A DNA stretch of 64,000 nt from Gordius albopunctatus. Its lineage: Eukaryota. The stretch's first letter is position 1, and every line of letters starts with the position of its first letter. Below are positions 14,001 to 27,500 of the stretch, piece after piece. The DNA lies in contig OZ193909.1 of NCBI GenBank assembly GCA_964276515.1, forward strand, positions 7,998,001 to 8,062,000, in the 5' to 3' direction. The notes under the pieces were generated by a model. The model had not been told where the DNA came from, did not search any database, and worked only from the letters and a program-made list of their open reading frames with translations. Position numbers and translations under genes: made by a program.

Positions 14001-15030
14001 CCTGTGGACCGGCTTTTTGCAAAAAAAACAATGGGTTAGACTTAGAAGGGTCGTGATATGGCCCAGCGAACTCGGCCAGATTAAATATAAGTATGGCCCG
14101 CTAAAAGCCCCTTTAAAATCATAAACGCAGCGTTCATAATGCGCGCAAAGCGATGCAAAAATTTAGATCCTAATTTAAAAAGTGCTTAAGATATAGTGCA
14201 TATATTTGAATTTTTTTTAAAAAGACTAAATCGAACAAGTTTAAAACAATTAATAATATATATTTTTATCAACTCAAAACTTTTGTAATTGATGCTCGAA
14301 ATTTCGCTTCGCATTGCTTCGCGCTCATCGTTAAAGTCTTAATTGTGTATTATAAATAAAATATAAACATAAGAGTTTTTATAATGTTTTACTAATTTAT
14401 GTTTATTTGATATTTTTTAAATTAACAATGAAGATAAAATTACATTTTCCTCTTTATTCATTCATATATCAATATTATAATATGCTTTTGAAAACTTTTT
14501 AATGTTGCTTTTGTTTGCAAATCAATATTCGAAGTGACCTACCCTGTTTGTTCAAACCGTAAAAAACCATTATAAAATTTTAATTTTTCTAGCATCTTGA
14601 TCCATATTTTCGAAAACCTTAGATTTGTGAATAACTTTAAATTTTAAACGGTGAAAAGCAAAAACGGTACAGGTGTTGAACATAAAATCTAAAGTCATTC
14701 ATATGTCAAAAATAAATGGACACTAAGGCGTTTGTAAACTCGAGGGGGGGGGGTAATTTTTGAACAATCCCAATGGGCCGTCTCTGAAAGAAACCTGAAT
14801 ATGAATTATGTCTTATTTACTTTGATACAACGATCGATCTTTACGTTGTGTGGATAATATAAAAGTTTTATTTGTACGGTTATAATTGCTCAAATCAGCC
14901 TAAATTACTTTAAAGATAATTATATTTAAAGTCATACTTCTCTAGCGTAAGTTAAGTTTGATTCGATAAATAAAATTTTAAAGAACCAAATATATATGCC
15001 AAATTTCCATAGGCAAGTGACACTTTTCAT
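2022..15030 (-). CDS. ADAMTS-family secreted zinc metalloprotease (signal peptide, prodomain, M12B domain, disintegrin-like, TSP1, Cys-rich, spacer, one C-terminal TSP1)
   Basis: First exon 14938-15030 (MKSVTCLWKFGIYIWFFKILF, signal-like). Prodomain exons between ~13300 and 14899 are only partly resolved. Phase-consistent exons from there on: 12611-12774 (RPKR/KHKR convertase sites, YLEILIVAD), 12258-12341, 11445-11695 plus 11090-11224 (HELGHLFGLDHD zinc motif, Met-turn VMSP), 10552-10693, 9761-9874, 9528-9714, 8962-9172 (WSSWSACS), 8189-8684, 7165-7288 (VGCDGVVGS..DSCGNCGG), 6858-6935, 6608-6777, 3422-3650 (WSSCDAKCG), 2022-2143 (TGA stop). Confidence 0.92.
2260..3288. mobile_element. Triple-nested MITEs: CATGGGCGTAGCC-ended outer element, TAGAGCCCTGC-ended middle element, TAGGGGAGACCGGGG-family inner element
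   Basis: Outer ends catgggcgtagccaag (2260) and cttggctacgtccatg (3288). Middle ends gccctgcacgggccgccc (~2369) and gcagggctcta (3271). ~2440-3070 is a reverse-complement homolog of 43187-44137, ending ccccggtctccccta. Confidence 0.7.
4100..6537 (-). mobile_element. piggyBac element in an ADAMTS intron; only the 5' end is recognisable
   Basis: ggtccctgtcggg followed by TTAA at 6521-6537 (TTAA|CCC end on the minus strand). The same motif recurs subterminally near 6333, and ccttcccaatgtcact occurs at ~5972 and ~6375. No matching 3' TIR found, so the left coordinate is approximate. Confidence 0.7.
4157..5741 (-). pseudogene. Frameshifted piggyBac transposase, PGBD3-like
   Basis: Successive frames give the N-terminus RTLNHLLEE..VIIFPP..DQESGDE..LPRSML, then MDETIVPYYGRH..FIKGKPRRFGYKLW, YFDNYFTS, GGVDRFDQ (DDD triad) and a C-terminal Cys-rich domain RRCKVC..CSHCNAGLH..C. 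Confidence 0.9.
9279..9449. mobile_element. hAT-type MITE (CATGGGCGTAGCC family)
   Basis: TIRs catgggcgtagcca / tggctacacccacg; perfect 8-bp TSD CATAGTGA at 9271-9278 and 9450-9457. Confidence 0.9.
10324..10458. mobile_element. hAT-type MITE (CATGGGCGTAGCC family), right end degenerate
   Basis: Starts catgggcgtagccagg and is internally similar to 62362-62526. Confidence 0.75.
13799..14112. mobile_element. TAGAGCCCTGC-ended MITE rich in GGGCC/GGCCC subterminal repeats
   Basis: tagagccctgcacgggccgccc at 13799 is the same motif as at ~2369 and the reverse complement of the 3261-3271 end. Confidence 0.6.
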
Positions 15031-18000
15031 AATCAATTGATAATAGGAATATATCTAGAACAAAAAATGATATTTATATATATGATATAATACTTATAAT
15101 ATATGAAAGAATTGCAACTATTAAAGATTTTAATTTATTATTAATTTTAAAAAGAAATCAATACATCATACAACTCTACAACACAAATATTTATTAATTC
15201 TTTATCTTAATCTTTATAACTTTGCTAATTTCAGTTGCGAATATAAAAAGCATAGAATTATTGATGTTCCAAGTCTAGACGTAATTAATTAAATTTAGTA
15301 AAGTTTCATAGCTCCTATAAAATCTAATTTAAGCTCGTAGAAATAGTTCCAAAAAGATCTGCGATGTTTCTGTATTTGTCTCAAACGATAAAGACTAGGA
15401 CGTTTAACTAGTTATATAACGCTGGCATCAAAGAAAGAAATTTTGGTAGAACTAGCGTCTAAAAAATCTTTATTTTCTAGTAATATTGAAGCGAAGTAAA
15501 ACCAATTACTTCACTTTTTCGTGATACAAAATTTTAAATAGGATAAAAAAACAAATTTTAATTACAGGGCTTCGCTCAAGTTATTATTATTTAATATATA
15601 TATTTCAAACAATAAAGTTTAAAATAAGGGCAGAGAACCGTGAAGGTATATTAAAAAAAGCTGTCGAAGGGTTTAATATAATATGATCCCTGTATCTAAA
15701 GTAGTTTGCCGCTCAGTAAAGGTTTATTCAACCCCTTCAAATAAAGTTGTTAAATTATAGAGTGTTTAAATTGAATTGGAGCAAGTAACCGATATTATAT
15801 ATATCCATTTTCATATATATAAGTGAGGCTGATAGAAATTATATGTAGAGCAAAAGAATCAAGGGTTAATGGCATTTAGTTGTTGTTTTATTAAATTAAG
15901 ACATTTACTTTTTTAACAGGGTCAAATCACATCGATGAAAATTAATAAGAAAATTTAAATTAATTATTGATTTTAATCGGTGAACATTTTTTAATATTTT
16001 GAGAACTTAACCCCATTCCCCTTTATTACTTCAATCGCTACAATAGGAAAACAACTATGATTTTATAGATTAAGGATTTTTTGTACGGATGTAGTAAATA
16101 AAAACAAGTTAAATTATAAATTTTTTAAACATTACTGACCCTATCGTATATCCCATACTTCTTGTGAAAAAAACTGACTTCAAGAATTATAGAGATAGAC
16201 CATTACTACTACTGTTATCAAATTAGCATTATTAATCATCATCATGTCGCAGCGGTCATATTATTATTAATATATGGCAACCTTAATTAATTTGTAAACT
16301 AATTATCTTGATTCCAGATGATCCTGACAAATTATCTAAAAAATTTCCTGGAAATTGCGAACAAATAATAAATTTGATTTTTTTTATTTAAGTGGCGGGC
16401 TTTATTCATATTTACACGTTAACATTTATAAATCCCATGCTATAATATTAAAAGTTTAATGCTTGTTCAAAATGCTCATTGATGTAGCTAGGGGGAAGCA
16501 GAAACTAACCGCCCCCCCCCATAACCATTTTGTCCCCCATAAACCAATCTTTATGATTTTTAACGCATGGAAATGTTTACCTTGTTTATCGAATTTAAAA
16601 CTACAAATGGGAATGATCTTTCAAAGATATGTCGAATATTGGTCGTTTAAACTTGAGGGGGCAACCCTATTCAAAGACTTTGCTTTTCCAAGTGTCACAC
16701 ATATCAATGAGAATGGGATAGTAGGACTAGGGGTGTAATAAACATGAGCACGTGGAAAATTAATTGGGAACACCGGTATGTATATCTATTTACTACAAAT
16801 TCTAAATACTCAAGAAGGGGAAGGGGATGGTTAGATGGGGGATCTAGAATGGGTTGCAAGGAATGATAATGATATATTTGGTACAAAAAAACAAGGCTAA
16901 GCCCTCAAAAAAATCTTCAATTTTATGTAATGTTTGCCTAGCACCTACAACTACAACAACTTTTTTTCAAGTACTATGCAATGGACGTAAAGGGGGATTT
17001 TGCTATATTTTGAAAAAAGCTTTATATCACTCACCCTCGTTTACCCAAAGAATGTTCCATTTGGAAAGGCCGTTCTTGCGTCTGAATATTTATCTTTAAA
17101 AACACATGCTAACAGGACGTCTGTGCCAAGGAAAAAACTATTTTAGGTGTGATACAGAGCGGGAGAGATTCAATGGGGGGCTGAATTAGAGCTGTTAATT
17201 TTGATGAATTGAAAAAGGTGTGTGCAATGCATGCACACGCGTATTTTACCAATGCAAGACAAATGTTACTAAGGTTATAAATCCACTTATGTCCTAAGTG
17301 ATACAAAGCAATTTTTTAAAATTATTACGCTATAATTTGTTTCGCTGTCAGAGGATTTATGCAACAAATTTGCAATCCACCTAACAAAAGTGGATTCATG
17401 AATTTTCAACACTTTCCCGAAATTTCGTGGTATATTTATGAATATTTTATTTGCAATCCGATATCTCAAAGAAACGTCATTTCTAAACGTAAGCCTAATA
17501 AATAGAGATCAATTTCCATTTTGAAAGGTTTTTATGGATAAATCGTTCCTGTCAATATTTTTCGTGCAAGGGAGGCCGAAAAAGCCAAGGGTTCCCACGA
17601 TAAAATCCTGGTCCTCGGTCCCCCATCAAGCAAACCTAATTATTTAAATAAAGTGGAAAAAATTTTTAAAAGGCGAACCCAATTTTTTCGAATTTATTTA
17701 TATTTTCCGCTTAATTTTATATGCATACATTAGGTTAAAAATAACAAACAAAGATTTTATGTACATGGGCAGGATTCGGATTATATATTATGAGAGGTAA
17801 AAATATTTAAAATTCATTGATAGGGTATTTTTTATTGCTAAACAAATCATGACTTTTCGTTCAACCCTGATTTAATTGTTATGCAATTGATGCGCTCACA
17901 TTCGAAAAAGTCCTGTCTTGTCCATACCTGATGTGTCCTGTCTTGTCCACTTTGGTTTCATTGTTTCTGTATAAAATAAGTAATGACCGCTGGGTTACTT

Positions 18001-18096
18001 TAATTTTTCTGACCCCACCCTAGGCCTTTATATTTTTGTGTCTCAATTGATTACCTTTGTAAATCCCTACTTCATTTTTTGACCTTTGTCTAACTT

Positions 18097-20358
18097 CTTC
18101 TTCTCCTTTTTATCAGTTACTAGATGAACCCGGCAAACGTTGTTTTGCCATTTACCCGGGTGTATTAAATTATGTTGGAAATTTAGGGCATATATGATGA
18201 TATAGCGGTTATTGAAGTAAAAATAAAGTTTGATGTCTATATGTTCTACTTCTATGCAGTTTTAGTTCATAATGGTTAATTACTTCTGATAAAAGAGATG
18301 TATCACAAAAAATGACGATTAGATTTTTGCCAAAATAACCGATGTAAATCTCATTGAAACTCTTTTAGTTTTATATTAACCTTAAAACTTCTTTAAACAA
18401 AAAAATATAAATACAATTTCAAGGGTGTAGTCATAATCTAAAATAATTATAAGTAGAACTAAACAATTAAACATGCAATAATATTAAGACCTCATCTTTG
18501 GAACTACAAAATACATTCAAAATCTATTAATTGCTCTGCAATTGATTCTGTTATCAATCTTTCTAGAAAGTAGGCATTTTGTTAGAGGGAAGAAAATTGT
18601 TTTCTCAATCATAATTATTTTAAAAAATTTTCATTTCTACAACTCTACTTTGAAATGTATTTGATTTTAAAAATGCTAATTATTTTTTTTTTGACCATTA
18701 TGCAAGGTGCCATGTAGATAGTTTTAAATTTAAACAAAATTGATAAATCTGTGAATAAGATTTGTTGTCACCGTTAAAAAAGTTATATTAGCACTTTGTT
18801 AAAAGTATTTTAATTTTTCTCCGTATTTAACGCGCAAAAGATGACAAAATTAGATTTTAAATTTATTTAGCCACGCAGGAGGGGACACGAACGTCCTATA
18901 ATAATAAAAATAATTGACGTGAAAAATAAGCAAAAAAATGACTTTGATTTAATGTTTAAAATGGTAAAAAGTTTCCATTTTACGCAGCACGTGCTAGATA
19001 CGCAGTACGTCATGAGGTTGCGTTTGATTGACATTTTATTAAACGTCAAAACGTATAAAACTAACTCGAAAACTACTGGACCGATTTGGCTTGAACAAAT
19101 CTTAAAACATGCTCCGGAGTTTGGGGAATAAACTGTGAAATTTTGAGCCAAATCGGTCTGGTAGTTTTCCAAAATTAGTGGCGGCACACACACACATACA
19201 TAGTTTAATTTTTATATATAAGATTTGGTCCCAAAGTCGTGAGGTTTTTTTTGATAAGTTTCTTCCACCTTGACCGGGTGAGTGCCATGTCATGACTATT
19301 CTCTTTTGTTTTCATTACTTTATCGACTTGCCCTTTCCACGTGGCGCGGGATCGTCCTCTTCATCTCTTCGTCGGTACTTCCATGTCCAGTACATTTCGA
19401 TTTACGTCATTCGTGTCCCTTCATATCATAGTATATTCCCAAACCACTTTAGCCGATTTTCGATAATCATGTCCGCCATAGGTTGAATAACCATTTTTGT
19501 CATGAGAAAGTAATTTGTAATATGGTCGAGCTTAGTATACTCCAAGCTATATCATATCATTCGCATCTTGGCTTGTGATAGCTTTTCTTCCGTGTGCTTA
19601 ATGCCCATGTTTCATTTCCATAGAATAACACCGGCCTTACGATGGATTTATAAGCTTTGCTCTTCAACCATATTGGCATTTTGATGTGACATATTCTACC
19701 GGATATACTTCGCCATTTAAGCCATCCTTTTTGGATCCGGGAATTGACTTCTGTTGCGCAACCTCCCTCTTGATGTAGCATTGAGCCGAGGTAAGTAAAC
19801 CTGTCTACTTTTGGGTACTTTAGATGGTCATAGAGCGATGGGGTGCCTGTACAATTCATTACTGTTTTTCGATAGTTGACCCTTAAACCATATCCAGCTA
19901 AGGGCTTTGACGACTTTTCGGCTTCTTCGAATCTTTCTCCTTTGTTTCTTCGCTTAGTACTATATCATCGACATATAGCATAAATTATGGCGATGGCTTT
20001 TGAATGTCTTTTTTTATCGTGTCCATAATCAATTAAATAAAAAGGGACTTAAAGCAGATCCTTGGTTTAAAATAATCTCAATCCTAAAAGATTTAGAGTC
20101 TCCAAATGTTGTTTTTACGCAAGAATTTGAGGCTTTATAAATATTTTTCTTCAGCCGTATATATAAATACATTATTTTCTCAGGCACCATACTTTCTCCA
20201 AGTCGATAAAGACCAGGTCTCTTCTCTTTTCACCATGTTTATCCATCATTTGTCTTAGTGCGAAGATTCGGTCGATTGTGGATTTGCCGGCCACAGATCC
20301 GAACCTCGTTTTTCAGCCTTGTTACTAAGATCCTTAAGTTTCAAGGATTGACAGAACC
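18097..20358 (-). mobile_element. 5'-truncated RTE LINE interrupted by a Helitron
   Basis: RT motifs on the minus strand (FTYLGSMLHQEGG..IQKGWLKWRSISG). (GAA)n tail at ~18097-18105. 11-bp TSD TTGTCTAACTT at 18086-18096 and 20359-20369. Confidence 0.88.
18120..19223 (-). mobile_element. Non-autonomous Helitron
   Basis: On the minus strand: 5' TC (tcttatatataaaa), 3' subterminal hairpin (ggcaaaacaacgtttgcc) and CTAG end; inserted between A and T with no TSD. Confidence 0.88.
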
Positions 20359-21181
20359 TTGTCTAACTTGATGCTATATAATGGAAAACTCTAAATTTTG
20401 CCTACAAATAAATGATGAGCGCTTTTTGCCTTTGATTTGTCTGACTTCAGCCGCAAGCCAAAATCCTTTTTAGGCCCCGACTAGAGGGCGGCCATCCAGC
20501 CTTTCTATATAGTATATACTTAACTTAAAAATAAATTGTTGCCTAAAAATGACCATTCATTATATCTTCTATGTTGTTATTGCTTTATAGTATAGGCAAA
20601 AAATTGACACTTTTATACAAAAAATGCGAGGTTAAAAAATACTCCACCAAAATCAAAATTATATTATCTGTTTTAATTATAGGCATGGGCATAGCCAAGG
20701 GGGGATGGGGAAGGGGAATTCATACTTTATAAAAAAACTCCTAAATTTTCAACTTTCATTAACAATAAATACCTTGTACGGATTAACACTAATTAAAACT
20801 ACGGCTTTGCGTTTGTTACTCGTAGGCTCGCGATATTTGCATGGTGGTGAAGGGTCAAATTAGGCCTGGTGGAGTATTTTTACAATGGTTAATATGCAAG
20901 ACTAGACATTAAACAACAAGTGTTTGGCTTCATGATGCCGATTAGCGAGCTAATCAACTTTTTATTTATATTACATAACAAACTAGAATTTTTTAGGCGC
21001 CGTTCATGTTTTTCTCCTAAAATAAGAGTCAGCTATCGATTACCATAAAAGGAGGCGGCTAAATGATATTTTTCCTTAAAATAGAGCCAGAAATACTCAA
21101 CCGAGCCAGAAATAACTTGTAGCTTGTGTACTCTCGTGATCCAAGAAGCTATACCTTTGGTAGCCAAACACAATTTTTATG

Positions 21182-24100
21182 TTTATTACTGGTTGGGTCA
21201 CCCTATTGGCAAGGTTCTTGGTGAAGGGTCAGGCAAAAATTTCTGGGATTTTTGAGGGAGTACTTTGTGAAATGGAAGTGCTAGATTAAGCCTATCAATA
21301 CGAGTGGTCGAAAGAAAAGTTTAATTCACCAAAATGGCTGCATCATAAAGAATAGTAGGTAGTCAAGCGCCAAAATCTAGCATAGTTTCGTCAGGCTTGG
21401 AAGGCCGGGATATCAATACTCCATCATTTCATATAAACCAAAATGTATACTACAACAAAGACGCAGAATGAAAACTATAGGGCATCCCCCTTAAGCGACG
21501 CGCGCATTCTTCGCCTGGAATGTGTGGGAAATAAACGAAGGCTACCGCTCTCTCAACAAACGGAAGCGGTTAAAGACATTAGTTCGCGTAGGATAAAGTT
21601 TGGGTCATGGAATATTGGTACAATGACTAGCAAGAGCAGAGAATCGGCAGACGTTCTAAGGAGGAGAAAAATCGATATCGCGTGTATACAAGAGACCAAA
21701 TGGAAGGGCCAAAAAGCAAAATACATAGGGGACGGATACAAAATATATTTTTACGGTACAGAAACTCACCAGAATGGCGTCGGTATAGTGCTATCGGAAG
21801 AATTTCAGCAAACTGTCGCCGACGTTAAGAGAATCAATGACAGAATTACGGCGATACAGCTTTGTTATAAATCTACTACGATAAACGTTATATCAGCATA
21901 CACCCCTCAAAGTGGATGCTCTCAGACGGAAAAAGAGTGTTTTTGGAAGGAGCTTGAAGTTGTTCTATCTCAATTCGATAAAGAGGGACTAATAATTATC
22001 GGAGCGGACCTCAATGGACACGTGGGAAAATCAAGGGGAGGATTTGAAAGAAATCACATTGGTCGGGGTTACGGCCTAAGAAATGAAGGAGGTACGGAAA
22101 TTCTAGAAATTGCTCAAGCTTTTTATCTAGCAATAGGAAATACCTTCTTCAAAAAGAGACAGGAACATCTTATAACGTACAAAAGCGGCAGCCGTACCAC
22201 TCAGATTGATTTATTTCTAGTCATCAGAACGCACTTAAAGTATGTTCAAAATATTAAGGTAATACCGAGTGAAATATTGGCCTGCCAACACAAGCTGTTG
22301 GTGATGGACTTTATATTAAGGGCCTTAAAGAGAAAAAAGTTCAATGAGTAGCCGCTACTATACAATGGAGGAAACTAAAGGATAATATTCAACATTTTCA
22401 GGAACAAGTAATTAAACTTGCTGAATTTAAGGAAAATACTTCATGTGAGGATCAATGGAATGGTATAGATGCCACAATGCGAAAAGCGGGACGACAAATA
22501 CTAGGTGAAACAAGCCCACTAAAAGAATTCTCAATGAAACGTGGTGGTGGAATGAAGAAGTGCAAAAATGTATCAAGGAAAATAAGAGATTGTACAAAGT
22601 TTGGTATAAAAGCAAGCTTACCAAGTAGCTAAAAGATCGGCTAAAAAATTCGTAGCCAAAGCTAAAAACAAGGCGTACGACGATATAAATGTAAAACTAA
22701 ACTCAAATGAAGGAGAAATATTGATCTACAAAATCTCAAAGTCAAGGGCCCGAAATTCTAAAGATTACCTAGAATGCCGGCTAATTAAGGGTCAAAAAGG
22801 GAGAAATACTAACACACGACAGCCATATACTACAAAGATGGTACGACTATTATAGCGATTTATCAATTGAAAAGGGGCCTGTAGTCAAAGACACTAACCA
22901 GGAAAATACAGTAGGAGAATTAAAATCACGGAAACGGAAGTGAAAGTTGCTATGAGTAAACTAAAGTCAGGAAAAGCTCTTGGACCCGACAATATACCGA
23001 TAGAAGGCTTCAAAGCGTTAGGCAATACTGGTGCACAATTCCTCGCCAACATTTTAAAAAATATCTTGAAAACGGGTGTAATGCCTAACGAGTGCAGGGA
23101 TAGCTACATGATCCCGATATACAAGATGAAAGGGGACATTCAGGATTGCAACAATTACAGAGGGATAAAGCTTACGAGCCACACTTTCAAGGTGTGGGAG
23201 AAAGTGATCGAAAAACGTCTTCGGAGTTTGGTTCAAATTCGAGATAACCAATTCGGATTTATGCCGGAGAGGCCTACAGCAGACGCCCTAAACAGTGTTA
23301 GAAGATTAATGGAACGGTTTAAAGAAAGGGAAGAAGATTTGCACATGTGTTTCATCGATCTTGAAAAAGCTTTTGATAAAGTTACTCGTAATTTAGTTTG
23401 GAAATGTCTTGAAGAAAACAATGTACCACAAGTATACGTCAGAGCAATAAAAGATATGTACAAGGGAAATAGAACGTACGTTAGAACAACGGTGGGGACT
23501 ACAAAAGGCTTTGTAATCAACACTGGAGTTCATCAAGGTTCAGCTCTTAGTCCCTTCCTATTCATAATGATAATGGATAATATTACCAAGGATTTGGGCG
23601 AGGAAGCTCCTTGGGCAATGATCTTTGCAGACGATATAATCCTCTGTGCCAAAAGCGAACAAGAATTGGCTAACACTGTAAATAGATGGGTAAATGCAAT
23701 AGAAGAAAGTGGTATCAGGGTAAATAGAAAGAAAACAGAATACATGAAGACAAAGTTTAAATCGGATTCCCTTAGTTTAGGCGATTGGCAACTTACAAGC
23801 GTGGATTCTTTCAAATATTTAAGATCAACACTTCAATCGGATGGTGGAATGGATAAAGAAATCCAAGCAAGGATAAATTCCGGATGGCTCAAATGGACGG
23901 ACCTGACAGGTGTTCTGTGTGACAAAAACATCCCGAGAAAACTAAAAGGCGCACTGTATAAATCCATCATACAGCCAACAGTCCTGTATAGCTTGGAATC
24001 ATTGGCTATACGTAAAAGAGAAGAGCAACCTCTTGCAGCCATGGAGATGAGAATGCTAAGATGGGTGCTAGGAGTAAGCAAAAAGGACCATAGGCGAAAT

Positions 24101-24405
24101 GAAGAAATAAGAAGAATTTTGGGTACTACATCAATTGCGATAAAGCTCCTAACAAATAGACTAAGATGATATGGCCATGTAGAAAGAAGGGATGATAGCT
24201 ACGTAGGAAAGAAAATCTAGATGATAAATTTCGCAGGAAAACAAAGAAGAGGAAGACCCAAGCTAACCTGGATTCATAAAATACGGCATGATATGAGAGT
24301 CCACAAGATAAAGAAAGATCTATGTAAACATAGAAACAAATGGAAACGAATGCTGAAAGGACTGACTACCAGCCTAGGTGACAAGCAGTCATAGAAAGAA
24401 GAAGA
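21182..24405 (+). mobile_element. Near full-length RTE-clade LINE (APE endonuclease plus reverse transcriptase), ORF disrupted
   Basis: 21443-22351 is an APE domain (GSWNIGT, IACIQETKW, GADLNGHVG, TQIDLFL). 22940-24169 is RT (NYRGIKL, QFGFMP, FIDLEKAFDKV, GVHQGSALSPFLF, FADD). (GAA)n tail at ~24395-24405. Stops and frameshifts lie between the ORFs. 5' boundary approximate. Confidence 0.93.
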
Positions 24406-24544
24406 TTATGATAGCAAGAGCGAAAAGTTGGCAGACGTATTTAGGAGGTAAAAATATGATAACGCTGGCTCAAAACAATTGGAAAGCAAAGCGAAATGTG
24501 GCAGTGACGACAAATATCTCTACTTCAACAAAACAAATTCATAA

Positions 24545-27500
24545 ATGATGTTGAATTCTTTCCTACTGCTTAAACACCAGTCATTGATATGCAAGTGTGC
24601 TTCTTTGTATTAATTCCCCGACTCCAAGCATACATATTTAGCTTTATCTCGGTTGACACTAAGGCCTTTGCTTTCAATTCGCTCCATCCACACTTTTATC
24701 TGCTGTGCTTATTCAATTGAGCCTGCGCACAGGACGATATCATCCGCAAAGGGCATTGTCCAAGGTGATTCCCGTTTCAGCTCCTTCGTTATCGAATCCA
24801 TTATTGTTATGAAGAGCAATGACTTAGGGCCGATCCTTGATGCACATCGAAATTTAAACTGAATCCCTTTGATGTACCACGAGATGTCCGAACTTTGGTT
24901 TTTGCGTTTTATACATATCCTTTATTCACATTACATAAATAAATCTGAAAGCAGTCGCCCGGTTACGCAATTGTTTCGCCGGGGGTGTTTATTATTATTA
25001 ACTACTACTACTACGCATAACTATATCAAAAAGCACGCGTATGGTTGCGATATAAAATATAAAAACAGCAAAATTTGTGAGGTAAAAGGGAGTAAGTAAG
25101 AATGGACAGAAAGTAGCTGGGGAGTGATGCGAGTAAAATGAGGGAGTGGTGTCCCCCAGGCATTCTCGTGTTTATACACTTGTAATCACGTGATGGGGTG
25201 GGGTATATTATTGGAACTTATGTTATCCATAGTAGCTGCCTTGGCACTTTATCGAAAGCTTTCTAAAGATTGATGAAACACATATGAAGATCCTTTTGTT
25301 TTTCCTTATATAATTTTGCACCTGAAGTTGACTTTCCAGGCATGAACCTAGTTCATCCATTGAGATTATTTTTTCAAAGTCTAGCATATATTACCTTTTC
25401 CCACACCTTCATTATGTGACTAGTTAACTTTATCCCCCGATAGTAGCTGCTGTACTCAGATAACAATATACATTCTTGTACATCTCCCTTCATTTTATAG
25501 ATTTCTAAGTATTTTTTTAAACAGCTTTGCAAGTAGATGTACACCTAAGGACCCTAGCATTTTGAAACCTTCCATAGGTATATATCAGGTCCCACCGCTC
25601 TACCCATGGTCATCTTTTCAAGCCCCTGGTCAACCTCTTCTGCTGTCACTTTTAACTCTATGTTAAATTCATAATTCTTGCTTTCGAAATGCTCCAAAAC
25701 CTTTTTTCCACTGTTTAATAAATTTATAGTATTCTTCTCAACGATTAATGATTTGATAGCAGGCGTGTAGCCAGGATTTTCTCCCGGGGGGGGGGGGGAT
25801 TTCCAAATTTTTTTAAAACATTTTTATTTAAACATAAAAATTATAAAATCTAATGTAAAACATAAAGAAAGTCATTATAAATAATTAACTTGGTTAGTTA
25901 CGTTGCACAACTATAAAATATAAACTTTAGATCTAAAATATTTTTTCCCATAAAAAATCTTATTTACGCCACTGTTTGATAGTCAAGAGTTAAGTGATGC
26001 CTTCCTAGAACTTTATGGTTTTTACGTCTACCACATCCTTTGAGTTTCTTGCCCTGGTATTTGTGATTCTTTCCCCTTCTTTACTATTTATTGGTGTTCA
26101 AATTCTAGTATACGTCTGTTTTAGCTTTATCTGAACAACATTTTGCCTCTTCAGCTTTCTTATATGTCAATCTTAATTCTTATACTCTGTAGCCTAGACT
26201 TTATTTGTAAACCTTTCTTTTTAACTTGACTATACCTTGCACGTCTGCGTTACACCACCATGTCTTTTTATCCTATTGTATACCTTGTTTACCTTTTCCC
26301 AGAACACATCCTGCTACTAATAGTACTAGGTTAGCTACGTGAATCCACATCTCGTTATCATTCTGTAGATCATCTATCTGCAGCCGTTCTAACTTTTATA
26401 GCTGGAACCATTTCGTCTCTTCGGCTTTTGTGTTTTTATTTCACAACAAGTCTATGGTGGGTTGCAATAGCCTCACCTGGTATAACCTTATAATCGCATA
26501 TATTTTTTTAAATCTTATCTTAATATTACGAGGGAGTCTACCTGCGAAGACTGATTCTCACTTTTGTACGTTATTAGGTGATTAACATTCTTTGTGAAGA
26601 AAGTATTTGTAATGGCAAAATCAAATGCCACAGCTATTTTCTATATTTCTTTGCCTTCATTGGTGTTATTATCAAGTGCGTGTTTTACCTGCGCTGTTAA
26701 AAAGAATAAAAAGACTTAGCACCCTCACCATTATAAATGTATGGCGAAAGAAGCAGCATAAATTGAATAGCACATTATAGTCTCTATGAAAAAGAATATA
26801 CTACTGGTCGATTTGCAACACCCACATTTTAAGCCTTTAAAAGAAAATAACAATTGCAATGTGGGAGTGGCTATTTATGCCCACCGACACCATAATATCA
26901 CTCTAGCAAATTTACATCACTAGCCTTAATCGTTCTCGATCCGTATCAATTTTTACCCTGATATCGTTCAAATCCTTCTCTTGATTTGCCTATGTGACCG
27001 TCGATTATAACTATATCGGCTCAAGGTATCATGCGAAGCATTTCGTCTAATTCTTTCCCAAAATCACTCTTTTCTTCATTTGTGCACCCTTTTTGTGGAA
27101 CATAACGGGACGCTAAATTTATCATTTGACATTCTATGCAAAGTTTCAACATTATATCACACATTTCTTCTTACCACAATTACTATATCTTGCAGATGCG
27201 TATCCAATATGATTGTCACGCCATTTTATGCGTTTCTAAGGACTTGTCTTAATATCGTATTTAGCTGCGCAGCGAAAATCGTCGTACGGGTTATATAACA
27301 TAGCCGTGTCTTAACTTCGAATTCACACCAGATTTGCATATTAGGTGCATAACATAACAGCGATTTTGTAAGATGCAAATTTTTTCATAAGCTTAAATGT
27401 TGTATGTTGTTAGATTTATAGGCATCGACAAAGTTTAGATTTAATATCTAGAGTTAAAATAAACAAGGAACGTTTTTAACTATCATAAAACAAAATATTA

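Noticed and set aside
16900..17470. Short minus-strand ORFs with a faint helix-turn-helix look (FGKVLKIHESTFVRW)
   Set aside because: Too degenerate to assign; no termini or catalytic motifs found.
23054..24081. Series of antisense ORFs within the RTE RT
   Set aside because: Shadow frames of the RT coding sequence with no independent motifs. The same applies to plus-strand ORFs over ADAMTS and CCAR1 exons.
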